Of a DNA stretch of 64,000 nucleotides, positions 17,091-25,988 are shown in pieces. The position numbers and the translations under genes were made by a program. The stretch's first letter is position 1. The number at the start of each line of letters is the position of its first letter. The notes beneath the pieces were generated by a model that was given only the letters and a program-made list of their open reading frames with translations, was not told the origin of the DNA and did no database searches. The stretch spans positions 15,713 to 79,712 of the forward strand of contig DASVVS010000037.1 of assembly GCA_036386455.1 (NCBI GenBank), written 5' to 3'. The stretch comes from Thermoleophilaceae bacterium. Lineage in GTDB: Bacteria > Actinomycetota > Thermoleophilia > Solirubrobacterales > Thermoleophilaceae.

Positions 17091-17116
17091 CGACGCCGCC
17101 CGCGCCGCCCGTCTAC

Positions 17117-18259
17117 TCACCGCGACTCCACACGCCCGTCCCCGGCGTCGGCCCCCTCCCGGACGACGCACTCGTAGAGCCGCATGATCCAGACGGTGAC
17201 AGGCGGTGGCTCGATCCGCATGAGGCGGCGGTCCAGCGCCCGGGCCAGCCAGACGATCGGACGTAGGAGCGTCGCCCAGAGGCGCGGCTGTGAGAGCTGT
17301 GCGATGAGGACCTCCTGCGCGACCAGGTGGCTCTGCGAGAGCTCGTTCGAGCGTCGGACGATCGTGAACCGCTCGCCGAGGAAGTTCTCCAACTCCTCGG
17401 TCCAGAACGGCATTTCCTTTGGCGACGGCCCGAACGGCAGAGCGCCCGCCCAGCGGTTCGCCAGCTGCGTGCGGACCTCTCGTTCGGGGTCACCGACTCT
17501 GCGGATGCCGCGGTGCGCCAGCCCCATCGGGAGCTTCTGCAGCTTCTGCATGAGCCAGAGCACCCTCGACTCGTCGGTGCGACCGTCCGGGAACCACATG
17601 GGCTCGAGCACGACGAGACGGCCGCCGGGACGGAGCAGGTCGGCCGCGGTCGCCAGCGCTTCGCGTATCTCCGCGATGGTCAGGTGGTGCAGGAAGGCGT
17701 GCATCACGACCAGGTCGAAGCGACGGGTCGAACGCGTGAGGTCCCCGGCATCACCGATCTCAAGCCGCACCCTGTCGCCCAGGCCGAGGTCCTCAGCCGC
17801 CGCCTTGGCACGCGCGATCTGGCTGGGCGAGCTGTCCACGCCCGTCACCGCGGCGGCGCCTGCGCGAGCGAGCTGGAAGGTCAACCAGCCGGTGCCGCAG
17901 CCGAGCTCGAGCACGGAGTGCGATGGGCCGAGGCCGCGAAGGATGTCCCGCAGATACTGGCCGCGCAGGAACTGCTGTACCCAGTCGGTCTGCACCCAGC
18001 AGTAACGCTCTTCCAGGCCACCGTAGACCTCCCACCACTGCTGCTCCGCGCGATCGAGCTGCGGCGTGGTGTCATCGAGGCGCCTCAGCGGGGGGCGATG
18101 TTCGACGGCGTCCTCGACGCGTGGGCTGTATGCGTCGGCCATGGCGCGCAGCAATGTACTCGGATACCGCCCCGTGCACGCCCGCCTCCCAACGTCGAGC
18201 AGGGACGGTGGCAGGTGGTAAGAATGCACCATGGGCGGCCCGCCCCCTTGGACGATCAC
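17117..18259 (-). CDS. Class I SAM-dependent methyltransferase
   Basis: 380 aa. VLELGCGTGWLTFQLA...VTGVDSS...FDLVVMHAFLHH...GGRLVVLEP. An alternative ATG at 18142 (MADAYSPRV) is possible. Confidence 0.8.
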   Translation of the reverse strand: MIVQGGGPPMVHSYHLPPSLLDVGRRACTGRYPSTLLRAMADAYSPRVEDAVEHRPPLRRLDDTTPQLDRAEQQWWEVYGGLEERYCWVQTDWVQQFLRGQYLRDILRGLGPSHSVLELGCGTGWLTFQLARAGAAAVTGVDSSPSQIARAKAAAEDLGLGDRVRLEIGDAGDLTRSTRRFDLVVMHAFLHHLTIAEIREALATAADLLRPGGRLVVLEPMWFPDGRTDESRVLWLMQKLQKLPMGLAHRGIRRVGDPEREVRTQLANRWAGALPFGPSPKEMPFWTEELENFLGERFTIVRRSNELSQSHLVAQEVLIAQLSQPRLWATLLRPIVWLARALDRRLMRIEPPPVTVWIMRLYECVVREGADAGDGRVESR

Positions 18260-18355
18260 CCGATCGACAGTCGCCGCCGACGCCCAGACCTACGACGAGC
18301 ACGCCGTGTCCAGGCGGGCCCACGGCGTGAGGGCGCGTGACGTAGGGTCCGGCGG

Positions 18356-19066
18356 ATGAGCGATCCGGCCGCACGGCAGTTCTGGAACCAGCGCGCGGAG
18401 GCAGACGCCTTCGTGGCGGTCGACAGCCGACTCGAGTTCGGCAGCCCCGACCTGGAGCGCTTCTGGGCGGGTGGCGAGAAGGATCTCGACCTGCTGCTCG
18501 CTGCCGTCGGAGCCGAGTTGGAGCCCGGCGACGCCGTCGTCGAGATCGGGTGCGGCGTGGGGCGGCTGACGCGCGTCCTCGCGGCGCGCGCGGCTTCGGT
18601 GCGTGCGCTCGACGTGTCGGAGCGGATGCTCGAGCTGGCCCGGGAGCACAATCCCGAGCTACCGAACGTGAGCTGGCTCCTTGGCGACGGGACCTCGCTC
18701 GCGGGCGTTGACGACTCGAGCGCCGACGTCGTCGTCTCCCACGTCGTCTTCCAGCACATCCCCGACCCGGAGATCACGCTCGGGTACGTGCGCGAGATCG
18801 GCCGCGTCCTCCGGCCGGGAGGGTGGGCCGCCTTCCAGGTGTCGAACCATCCGAGCGTCCACCAGCCCCGCGGCCGCGCCGGGCGCGTCCGCGACGCCGT
18901 CGGCCGGCTGCTGCGCCGCGAGCCGTGGCACGACAACCCGTACTGGCTCGGCTCGCACATCGAGATCCCCGCCCTGAGAGCGGCGGCCGCCGACGGCTCG
19001 ATGGACCTCGAGGGGCTCGCCGGCGAGGGCACCCAGTACTGCATCGCGCTCACGCGGCGGCGCTAG
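18356..19066 (+). CDS. Class I SAM-dependent methyltransferase
   Basis: 236 aa. VVEIGCGVGRLTRVLA...ALDVSERML...DVVVSHVVFQHI...GGWAAFQV. Confidence 0.85.
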   Translation: MSDPAARQFWNQRAEADAFVAVDSRLEFGSPDLERFWAGGEKDLDLLLAAVGAELEPGDAVVEIGCGVGRLTRVLAARAASVRALDVSERMLELAREHNPELPNVSWLLGDGTSLAGVDDSSADVVVSHVVFQHIPDPEITLGYVREIGRVLRPGGWAAFQVSNHPSVHQPRGRAGRVRDAVGRLLRREPWHDNPYWLGSHIEIPALRAAAADGSMDLEGLAGEGTQYCIALTRRR

Positions 19067-19072
19067 GGCGCG

Positions 19073-19693
19073 ATGCGGCTGCGTCGAGCGCTTCAAGGGG
19101 TTGCGGCCGAGATCGGCTACCGGCGCGGGCCGCGTTGGATGAGCTGGCTGCGCAAGCAGTGGGTGCTCTTCCGGCATCCGCATGCCGACATCCGCTTCGG
19201 TCGCGACACGTACCTCGGGCCCGGGTTCAGCCTCTTCATCCCGTTCGACGGGACCTTCATCGCGGGCGCACGCTGCGAGTTCCGACGCGATTTCCGCTGT
19301 GAGGTCCACGGTGACGGCAAGGTCGTGATCGGGAGCGACTGTCACTTCACCTACGGCGTGGTCATCCAGTGCACTACGACGATCGACATCGGCGACCGCT
19401 GCATCTTCGCCCAGGGCGCGACCCTCGTCGACGGGGAGCACCGCTTCCGCGACCTCCAGACGCCGATGCTCGAGCAGGGCTACGACTTCACACCGCTACG
19501 GATCGGCAGCGACGTGTTCGCGACAGCTAAGAACACGATCATGGCCGACATTGGCGAGCGTGCCGTCGTGGGCGCGAACGCGGTCGTGACGAAGCCGATC
19601 CCCGCGTTCACGGTGGCCGTCGGCATCCCGGCGCGCCCGATCGAGTACTTCGGTCCGCCAGGGCAGGAACCGGCCGAGCTCAGCGGCGGGTGA
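19073..19693 (+). CDS. Hexapeptide-repeat (left-handed beta-helix) acyl/acetyltransferase
   Basis: 206 aa. Repeated [LIV]-G-x4 turns (VVIGSDCHF, IDIGDRCIF, LRIGSDVFA, ADIGERAVVGANAVV). Typical of sugar O-acetyltransferases. Confidence 0.8.
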   Translation: MRLRRALQGVAAEIGYRRGPRWMSWLRKQWVLFRHPHADIRFGRDTYLGPGFSLFIPFDGTFIAGARCEFRRDFRCEVHGDGKVVIGSDCHFTYGVVIQCTTTIDIGDRCIFAQGATLVDGEHRFRDLQTPMLEQGYDFTPLRIGSDVFATAKNTIMADIGERAVVGANAVVTKPIPAFTVAVGIPARPIEYFGPPGQEPAELSGG

Positions 19694-19712
19694 GCCGGCG
19701 GAGACCGCGATC

Positions 19713-21761
19713 GTGAGCGGGGGCGCGTACATGGCGGGGCTGCTGTTCTTCGCCGGGACCTGGGGGAGCGCTGCTGTCGTGGCCGTCGTGCTGCGGCGAT
19801 CCTGGCTTGGCCACCTCCGGGGAGGTGCGGCCGTCCTCGCGGCGGCGACGCTGTTCCTCGCCGCGCTGGTGGCCGTGCACCTGATCCCGGGCGTCCTCGG
19901 GCTGCTGCACCGCGGATGGGTCCTGGCTCTCGCGATGCTGATGGCCGGGACGGCCCTGTATCTCCTGCGGCTGCGCGGTCCCGGCGAGGCGGACCGCGCA
20001 AGCGACACGGAGGAGCGCGACTGGCGGTTGCTGGTGCTCCCCGGGGCCCTGGCCATCGGCGTCGCCGCCTGGGCGCTCGTGCTCGCATGGAACGGCCGGT
20101 CCACGCTCGTGGCGCCCGTGACCAGCGTCGATCTCCTCACCTTCGACCTGCCGCTCATCGGCCGCTGGATCCAGACGCACTCGATCTGGGTCGCCGGGGA
20201 TCTCTTTCCGCTGCAGGCACACGCGGCATATCCCCACAACGGAGAGCTCGTTCGTCTCGCCGCGGTTCTCCCGTGGCGCAGCGCGTTCCTGTTGCCGGTG
20301 CTCGCGTGGCCGATCTGGGGGCTGGGAGCTTTCGCGGTGCACGTGCTCGCGCGCGAGCTCGGCGCGAAGGCGTGGAGCGCGACCCTCCTGGCCGCCGCAT
20401 ACGCAGCGACGCCGCTGATCCTCATCACCACGGCGGCCGACAACGTGTCCGATCCCCTGATGTGGGCGATGCTCACAGTGGGCGCGCTGTTCCTCGTGCG
20501 CCACGTGCGGAGGCCCCGCAGGGCCGAGCTGGTCGTGGCCGGCATCGCCCTCGGCCTGGCCTTCGGGTCGAAGTGGTACGCGCTCACCTGCGTGCCGATC
20601 CTCGTCGCGGTCTGGCTGATGGCGAAGTGGCGCGTACGCGAGGGCGGGCAGACGATCCTCGGGGTTGCGCGCGACGGTGCGGTGCTCGTCGCGACGATCG
20701 CCGCCGCCGGCGGCTTCTGGCTCGTCCGCAACCTGGTCGAGTACGGCAACCCGCTGTTCCCGCACGAGCTGTCGCTGGGTCCGCTCCACCTGTTCAGTGG
20801 CCCGGAGGACACGGTCGGCGACGCCTACGGCTTCTCGGTCGCCCACTACATCGGGGACTGGAGCGTCTGGCGCGAGCACCTGCTTCCCCAGTACAACGAC
20901 GTCCTGCGGGCGCCCGGTGTCGTGCTGCTCGCCGGCATCACGCTGACGGCCGTGCTCGGCGCGTGGCGCGCGCGAGGGCGCGCCACCTACATGGCGCTCA
21001 CCGCGGTCCTCCTCGTGCTGGCCTACCTCGTGACGCCCCAGACGGCGTTCGGCCCCGAAGGGGCGCCGGTGTTCGGCGGGGTGAACGCCCGCTACGCGAC
21101 GCCCGCGCTGCTGCTGGGCGCCGCCGCCATCGCGGCCGGGCTCGCGCGCGTCGACCGGCGCCTGTGGATTCCCGCGCAGCTCCTCGTCGTCGTGGCGGTT
21201 GTCGACGGCGCCCGGTCCCCACTCGACGTGTATCTGCCCAAGTTCCTGGGCGCCGCCGCACTTGTCGCCGCCGCGGCCTTCGTCCTCTGGCGTGTGCGCC
21301 CGTCCCGCCGCACCCTCGCCGTCGGCGCCGTGACCGTCCTCGTGCTCGCCGCGGTGGCCGGCTTCGCCCAGCAGAAGCGCTTCGACGACGAGGGCTTCAC
21401 CGGGGACGACCCCGCCATCGACTGGATCTTGAGCAACACCGGCGAGCCGCACCGCATCGGAATGACCGGTAGCTGGCCCGTCGACGCGCCACCTTCCTCC
21501 GCCCTCTTCGGACCCCGCTTCGAGAACCACGTCCGCTACGTCGGGCGCGAGGACCGCGGCCTGATGCGCCATCACGCCACCTACGCCGACTGGCGCCGCG
21601 CGGTGCGAAACGCCGACCTCGATCTCCTGCTCGTCGGGCGCGTTCCTCAGCCGTTCTCGCCGAGTCCCGAGGCCGCCTGGGCCGCCCGGGCCGGCTTCCC
21701 CGCGGTCGCCACGAGCCCAAGATTTGCCGTGTACCGGTTGGGACGAGCCGATCAGGACTGA
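19713..21761 (+). CDS. Polytopic membrane protein, GT-C-like glycosyltransferase candidate
   Basis: 682 aa with about 13 hydrophobic helices plus a C-terminal soluble domain of about 130 aa. ArnT/PMT_2-like look (…AFGSKWYAL…). Architecture-based call. Confidence 0.55.
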   Translation: MSGGAYMAGLLFFAGTWGSAAVVAVVLRRSWLGHLRGGAAVLAAATLFLAALVAVHLIPGVLGLLHRGWVLALAMLMAGTALYLLRLRGPGEADRASDTEERDWRLLVLPGALAIGVAAWALVLAWNGRSTLVAPVTSVDLLTFDLPLIGRWIQTHSIWVAGDLFPLQAHAAYPHNGELVRLAAVLPWRSAFLLPVLAWPIWGLGAFAVHVLARELGAKAWSATLLAAAYAATPLILITTAADNVSDPLMWAMLTVGALFLVRHVRRPRRAELVVAGIALGLAFGSKWYALTCVPILVAVWLMAKWRVREGGQTILGVARDGAVLVATIAAAGGFWLVRNLVEYGNPLFPHELSLGPLHLFSGPEDTVGDAYGFSVAHYIGDWSVWREHLLPQYNDVLRAPGVVLLAGITLTAVLGAWRARGRATYMALTAVLLVLAYLVTPQTAFGPEGAPVFGGVNARYATPALLLGAAAIAAGLARVDRRLWIPAQLLVVVAVVDGARSPLDVYLPKFLGAAALVAAAAFVLWRVRPSRRTLAVGAVTVLVLAAVAGFAQQKRFDDEGFTGDDPAIDWILSNTGEPHRIGMTGSWPVDAPPSSALFGPRFENHVRYVGREDRGLMRHHATYADWRRAVRNADLDLLLVGRVPQPFSPSPEAAWAARAGFPAVATSPRFAVYRLGRADQD

Positions 21762-22710
21762 ACGGATAGCCGTCGCCGTCGTCTCCTGGAACACGCGCGA
21801 GCTGCTGGAGCGATGCCTGCGCTCGTTCGAGCCCGAGCACGAGCGCGGCACGGTCGAGGTGTGGGTCGTGGACAACGGCTCGAGCGACGGCTCGCCCGAC
21901 ATGGTCCGCGAGCGCTTCCCGTGGGTGCACCTGGTCGCAGGTGAGGAGAACCTGGGCTTCGGCAAGGCGGTGAACGTCGTGGCGGACCGGACGTCCACTC
22001 CGTGGATCGCGCCCGCCAATGCCGACGTCGCGGTGCGGCCCGGCGCGCTCGACATGCTGCTCGAGGCCGCCAGGCGCGATCCGCGCGCCGGCGCGATCGC
22101 GCCGCGGCTTGTGCTGCCGGAGGGCAACACCCAGCACTCGGTCTACGCCTTCCCGTCCATCCCGTTCACGCTCGTGCTGCAGACCGATGCGTTCAAGCTC
22201 TGGCGCGGCCTCGGCGACCGGATGGCCTTCCCCGGCTACTGGGACACCGAGCGCGCCCGCCGGGTCCCGTGGGCGGTCGGCGCGTTCCTGATCGTGCGCC
22301 GCGAGGCCTGGAACGAGGTCGGCGGCTTCGACGAGCGACAGTGGATGTACGCGGAGGACCTCGACCTCGGCTGGCGGCTGCGCCAGGCCGGTTGGTTCAC
22401 GCGTTACGAGCCGCGCGCGGTCGTCGACCACTACGAGAAGGCGTCCACGACGCAGGCGTGGGGGAGGGAGGTGGCGCCGGTGTGGCAGCGCAGCACGTAC
22501 GGCTTCATGGCGCGCCGCTACGGCATGCCGCGCACGTGGACGATCGCGCTGATCAGCCTGGTCGGCCAGGCGGTTCGCTGGGCGGCGGTCATGCCGAGGG
22601 CGCGGCGTGAGCCCGAGGAGCACGGCGAGTACCACGCGGCCCTGGGCCGCTGGGTACTGGTGCACGCACGCGCGTTGCGCTCCCGCAGGGAGCTGGAGAG
22701 CTGGCGATGA
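21724..22710 (+). CDS. Glycosyltransferase family 2 (WbbL/rhamnosyltransferase-like)
   Basis: 328 aa. IAVAVVSWNTRELLERCLRS...VWVVDNGSSDGS...NLGFGKAVN...AEDLDLGWR. TTG start overlapping the upstream gene by 38 nt. Confidence 0.85.
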   Translation: MPCTGWDEPIRTERIAVAVVSWNTRELLERCLRSFEPEHERGTVEVWVVDNGSSDGSPDMVRERFPWVHLVAGEENLGFGKAVNVVADRTSTPWIAPANADVAVRPGALDMLLEAARRDPRAGAIAPRLVLPEGNTQHSVYAFPSIPFTLVLQTDAFKLWRGLGDRMAFPGYWDTERARRVPWAVGAFLIVRREAWNEVGGFDERQWMYAEDLDLGWRLRQAGWFTRYEPRAVVDHYEKASTTQAWGREVAPVWQRSTYGFMARRYGMPRTWTIALISLVGQAVRWAAVMPRARREPEEHGEYHAALGRWVLVHARALRSRRELESWR

Positions 22711-22717
22711 GGAGGAG

Positions 22718-23704
22718 CTAGGCGCGCTTGCGGAACACGAGGAACTGCGCGGAGGCCCCGTGCGCGACGTGCGCGCTGCGCTGCCACTCCCAGCGCGGCA
22801 GCGTCTCCTGCACGAGCCGGCTCGCGGGGCGCGCGACCGGCCGCGCGGCGAGCGCCGCCGCGGCGGCCGCGCGGCGGGCCGGGCTCGGGTCCCCGGCCGC
22901 GATCGCCCGCATCCGCTCGGGCGGTTGGAGCCCCGCCCACACGAGCGCCGCGATTCCCGTGAACGCCACGCGCGCGGCGGCCAGCACCCCGGCGGCCGCG
23001 GGGGTGCGCCCGCGGCTCGGGTCGAAGAGCGCTCTGACCGTGCCCGGAATGGCCGTGATGTAGCCGACGGCGGCGAGTCGCCGCGCGTAGAGCTCGCCGG
23101 CGAGCTCGCAGCCGTTCTCGGCGAAGGCGGCGGCGAGCTGCGCGCTCGTGAGCCGCCGCAGGTGCCCCGGATCGTCGTAGAAGAGCCGCGGCTCGCCGGT
23201 CGAGGAGGGCTCCAGCGCGCCCGCGACCAGCCGGGCGGCCAGGTTCTCGACCGACCCCGCGTTGGCGCACGGCATGATCGCGACCACGTAGCCGCCGGGC
23301 CGCGCGAGCCGCGCCATGTCGCCCACCGTCTCGGACAGGTCGATCACGTGCTCGATCACGTGATACGAGAAGACGAGGTCCGCCGACTCGTCGGGCAGCG
23401 GCGCGCGCGCGCCGTCGAAGGCGAGGAACTCGGCGCCGGGGTGCTCCAGCCGCGCTCGCTCGACCGCCCTCTCGGAGATCTCGATGCCGGTGATGCGCGC
23501 GCCGGGGAACGCCTGGCGCAGCGCACCGATCCACGCCCCGCGACCACACCCGTAGTCCACGATCGCCGGCCTCGGCGGCAGCCCGCACGCGGCGAGGGTG
23601 TCCGCCACGCGCCCCGCCTCCACGTCGCCGTGCCCGGACATGTAGTCGCCCTCGTAGCGCTCGTCGTAGAACGCTTCGAAGCTGTCGAGATCTATGCTCG
23701 ACAT
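22718..23704 (-). CDS. Class I SAM-dependent methyltransferase
   Basis: 328 aa. IVDYGCGRGAWIGAL...ITGIEISERAV...DLVFSYHVIEHV...GGYVVAIMP. A long Ala-rich C-terminal extension. Confidence 0.8.
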   Translation of the reverse strand: MSSIDLDSFEAFYDERYEGDYMSGHGDVEAGRVADTLAACGLPPRPAIVDYGCGRGAWIGALRQAFPGARITGIEISERAVERARLEHPGAEFLAFDGARAPLPDESADLVFSYHVIEHVIDLSETVGDMARLARPGGYVVAIMPCANAGSVENLAARLVAGALEPSSTGEPRLFYDDPGHLRRLTSAQLAAAFAENGCELAGELYARRLAAVGYITAIPGTVRALFDPSRGRTPAAAGVLAAARVAFTGIAALVWAGLQPPERMRAIAAGDPSPARRAAAAAALAARPVARPASRLVQETLPRWEWQRSAHVAHGASAQFLVFRKRA

Positions 23705-23720
23705 GAGCTCGCCGTGCGCG

Positions 23721-24869
23721 TCAGACGGCGGTGTTCACGCGACCGGAGTCGCGCAGCTTCTCGAACGTCGACAGCGCCTGGCCGACCACCTGGTCCATGT
23801 CCAGGTACTGGTAGCGGGCGAGCCGGCCCACGAAGGTCACGTTCGGCAGCTCGTCCGTGAGCGCGGCGTAGCGCTTGTAGAGCGCCCGGGTCTCGTCGTT
23901 CGGGATCGGGTAGTACGGGTCCCCCTCGCTGCGCGGGTACTCGTACGCGATGGTCGACGACGTGTGCGGCTGCCCGGTCATGTAGCGGAACTCGGTCGTT
24001 CGGGTGTACGGCACTTCCTCGGTCGGGAAGTTGATCGAGGCCGCGGGCTGCACGAGCCCGCCGTCCGGCGTCGGCTCGTTCACCAGCTCGAACTCGAGGC
24101 TGCGGTAGGGCAGCGGCCCGAAGCGGAAGTCGAAGTAGCGGTCGACCGGCCCCGTGTAGACGAGGTGGTCGTAGCCGAACCTCTCGCCCTCCTCGTGGAA
24201 GTCGATGCCCAGCCGCACCTCGATGCGCGGGTGGTCGAGCATCCGCTCGAACATCGCCGTGTAGCCGTCGGCCGGCATCTTCTGGTGCCAGTTCGTGAAG
24301 TAGCGGTCGTCGGTGTTCGTGCGCGTGGGGATGCGCGCGCACACCGAGGCGTGAAGCTCCGACGGGTCGCGCTGCCACTGCTTGCGCGTGTAGCCGCGGA
24401 AGAACTTCTCGTAGAGGTCGCGGCCGACCTTCGAGACGACCGAGTCCTCGCTGTTGCGCACGTACTCGATCGGCTCGGCGCGCTCGGCGTAGAAGGCCTC
24501 GCACTCCTCGTCGGTCTGGAGGTCCAGCCCGTAGAGCATGTTGATCGTGGTGCGGTTGATCGGGATCGGCAGGAGCTGCTCGCCGACCTTCGACACCACC
24601 CGGTGCTCGTACGGGCGCCAGTCGGTGAAGCGCGACAGGTAGTCGACGACGTGCGCGGCGTTCGTGTGGAAGATGTGCGGCCCGTACCTGTGGACGAGGA
24701 CGCCGTGCTCGTCCACGTAGTCGTACGCGTTTCCGGCGATGTGGTCGCGCTTGTCGATCACGAGCACCGCGTGGCCGCACTCGGTCGCGAGGCGCTCGGC
24801 GAGGATGGTGCCGGCGTATCCGGCGCCGACTACGAGTGTGTCGAAGCGTTCCATTGGGGGCGGAGGCAT
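23721..24869 (-). CDS. glf: UDP-galactopyranose mutase
   Basis: 382 aa. FDTLVVGAGYAGTILAERLA...VLVIDKRDHIAGNAYD...YGPHIFHTN...GYTRKQW...VGRLARYQYLDMDQV. Matches Glf end to end. The start may be the second Met (24854). Confidence 0.95.
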   Translation of the reverse strand: MPPPPMERFDTLVVGAGYAGTILAERLATECGHAVLVIDKRDHIAGNAYDYVDEHGVLVHRYGPHIFHTNAAHVVDYLSRFTDWRPYEHRVVSKVGEQLLPIPINRTTINMLYGLDLQTDEECEAFYAERAEPIEYVRNSEDSVVSKVGRDLYEKFFRGYTRKQWQRDPSELHASVCARIPTRTNTDDRYFTNWHQKMPADGYTAMFERMLDHPRIEVRLGIDFHEEGERFGYDHLVYTGPVDRYFDFRFGPLPYRSLEFELVNEPTPDGGLVQPAASINFPTEEVPYTRTTEFRYMTGQPHTSSTIAYEYPRSEGDPYYPIPNDETRALYKRYAALTDELPNVTFVGRLARYQYLDMDQVVGQALSTFEKLRDSGRVNTAV

Positions 24870-24927
24870 TCCACCAGATCGGGGATGGCAAACGTAGCGG
24901 GGCCCGTGGCGGCTGCGCGCCGATACA

Positions 24928-25986
24928 TTGCCGCGCGTGCATCACCCCAGCGTCACGATCGTCTTCCTCGTCTTCAACCGCAAGAAGGAGCTCCGCGAGA
25001 GCCTCCAGCGGATGCTCTCGGAGTCCGACTACGCCGGGGAGGTGGACGCGATCGTGGTCGACAACGCGTCGACCGACGGGTCCGCGGAGATGGTGCGCGA
25101 CGAGTTCCCGCAGGTCCGTCTGATCGAGCGCGCGGAGAACGTCGGCGTGAGCGGCTGGAACGACGGCTTCGCGGTCGCGGAGGGCGAGTGGGTCCTCGCG
25201 CTCGACGACGACTGCTACCTGCCGCCGGACGGGCTGCGCCGCTCGGTCGAGGCCGCCGCCGAGTACGGCGCGGACCTCGTGTCCTACAGCGTTGCCAGCA
25301 CGCACGACCCGGACTACCGCTTCACCGAGAAGTACCGGACCGGCCTCTTCATGTTCTGGGGCTGCGCGGTCCTGATCCGCCGCAGCGCGCTGCAGGAGCT
25401 GGTCGGATACGACCCCGAGATCTTCGTGTGGGCGAACGAGCTCGAGTTCATGATCCGCTTCTACGACCGCGGCTACCGCCACCTCCACTTTCCGGAAGTC
25501 GTCGCGCAGCACATGAAGAAGCCGCCCGAGAAGCTGCCGTACGACCAGATCGACTGGCGGCCCTACCGGATCAACGGGCGCCACTGGGGCTACATCGCCG
25601 CGAAGCTGCTCCAGCCCCGCGACGCGGCGGAGGCGCTGATCGCACTCGTGGCCCACGAGTTGCGCGACACGTTCCGTGAGCACCGCTCGGCCATCACGGC
25701 GGTCCCCGGCACGCTGACCGGGTTCGCGCACGGACTCCGCCACCGGGAGCCGGTCCGCAAGCCGGCGCTGTCGCGGTTCTACAGGCGGAACTTCGAGACG
25801 TTCGCAAGCCCGTGGTGGCTGATGCGCCCGGTGCGCGAGCTGATCCGGTCGCTGCCGAGGGAGATCGCGGAGGGGCGCTTCCACCACGACCGCGCGCCCA
25901 AGGGACTGGGGCGGCGGGATGAGTACTACGCCGAGCGCGCCCAGCTGTATCCGGAGGACGAGCCCGCGGTGCTCGATTTCGCCTAG
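24928..25986 (+). CDS. Glycosyltransferase family 2 (candidate galactofuranosyltransferase by context)
   Basis: 352 aa. VTIVFLVFNRKKEL...AIVVDNASTDGS...NVGVSGWNDG...ALDDDC. Divergent from glf. The Galf specificity is inferred from context only. Confidence 0.8.
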   Translation: MPRVHHPSVTIVFLVFNRKKELRESLQRMLSESDYAGEVDAIVVDNASTDGSAEMVRDEFPQVRLIERAENVGVSGWNDGFAVAEGEWVLALDDDCYLPPDGLRRSVEAAAEYGADLVSYSVASTHDPDYRFTEKYRTGLFMFWGCAVLIRRSALQELVGYDPEIFVWANELEFMIRFYDRGYRHLHFPEVVAQHMKKPPEKLPYDQIDWRPYRINGRHWGYIAAKLLQPRDAAEALIALVAHELRDTFREHRSAITAVPGTLTGFAHGLRHREPVRKPALSRFYRRNFETFASPWWLMRPVRELIRSLPREIAEGRFHHDRAPKGLGRRDEYYAERAQLYPEDEPAVLDFA

Positions 25987-25988
25987 CC

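Noticed and set aside
14061-19693. The lower-GC block as a mobile genetic element or genomic island.
   Set aside because: I found no integrase, transposase, tRNA attachment site or flanking direct/inverted repeats. It is better described as a compositionally distinct cassette within the glycan locus.
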